64,000 bases of DNA from a virus. Its lineage: Duplodnaviria; Caudoviricetes. Below the pieces are notes generated by a model. It saw only the letters and a program-made list of their open reading frames with translations, had not been told where the DNA came from and searched no databases. Below are positions 63,605 to 64,000 of this stretch, one piece after another. The position numbers and the translations under genes were made by a program. The stretch is from the IMG/VR virus record IMGVR_UViG_3300021170_000017, positions 1,545 through 65,544 of that record; one strand, 5' to 3'. How positions within the stretch are numbered: position 1 is the first letter of the stretch; every line of letters starts with the position of its first letter.

Positions 63605-64000
63605 GATGCGGCCTCCAGTGCGGCAGCTTCTTTCATGAACTGCACCACGTCCTTATCGTTGTCGGGGTCGAGACGGCATGCCTTCATGGTCTCGATCTCC
63701 TGCTTGGTGAGCGTGCGGCTGGTCCGGCTGCGATCGCGGGCGCTCGCGGCGCCACGGTCGGCCAGATTCGCAGCGGCAGCGCGGCGTTGCTGGCGGGTCT
63801 CGCCGTCGCCTTCGCCCTCACCGCGGCGGACATCGTCATCCGGATCATCGTCGTCTTCCGGATCGCCGCCCTTGCGCCCGGCACGCACCTCGAGCTTGGG
63901 GAACTTGGCCTTCAACTGCTTGGCCACTTCCTTGAAGGTCTCATCGTCCTTCGGGTCAAAGCCTTCCTTGTTGACCAGGTTGACGTAGATCGTATTGGCC
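63601..64000 (-). CDS. Scaffold-like protein (partial, 5' end beyond right edge)
   Basis: Open to the edge: ..NLVNKEGFDPKDDETFKEVAKQLKAKFP..TLTKQEIETMK. Position upstream of the head genes. Confidence 0.65.
   Translation of the reverse strand, partial: ANTIYVNLVNKEGFDPKDDETFKEVAKQLKAKFPKLEVRAGRKGGDPEDDDDPDDDVRRGEGEGDGETRQQRRAAAANLADRGAASARDRSRTSRTLTKQEIETMKACRLDPDNDKDVVQFMKEAAALEAAS

Noticed and set aside
1-64000. CRISPR array, tRNA genes, integrase/att site, stop-codon reassignment
   Set aside because: No spaced direct repeats, cloverleaf or recombinase motifs noticed by eye. Core genes are intact in the standard code. tRNAscan and CRISPR finders were not run.

Overview
This window looks like almost the whole genome of a GC-rich, podovirus-like tailed dsDNA phage, probably circularly permuted. 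It starts inside a GroES-like gene and ends inside the scaffold-like gene that normally follows it. Read on the minus strand from the right end, the order is: scaffold, two head genes and major capsid (61.3-62.2 kb); head-tail adaptors; tail fibres and a tail nozzle with LamG domains; a P-loop/sulfotransferase-like plus Asp/Asn beta-hydroxylase pair; two ejection proteins; a 3609-aa polyvalent protein; lysis cassette; VRR-NUC nuclease; terS and terL. A divergent promoter at about 18.1 kb drives a rightward early operon (Cro-like HTH, DUF5131, DEDD exonuclease, many Cys-rich ORFs). It also drives a leftward operon (SSB-like, HNH, CsrA, adenine methylase, broken dCMP deaminase, permuted papain peptidase, J-domain, Fis-like HTH) that runs into the portal. 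I recognised no integrase, CI repressor, DNA polymerase, primase, helicase, tRNA or CRISPR array, but there is a DnaA-box pair at about 18.72 kb. The most notable observations are: an adjacent GGDEF and pyrophosphatase module in the putatively ejected giant protein; the hydroxylase/sulfotransferase-like pair in the virion module; nested LamG domains; a ~60-aa module shared by three structural proteins; a twin-arginine ORF carrying a capsid C-terminal motif; and two DUF6527-like genes. All family assignments come from motif recognition by eye, not database searches.
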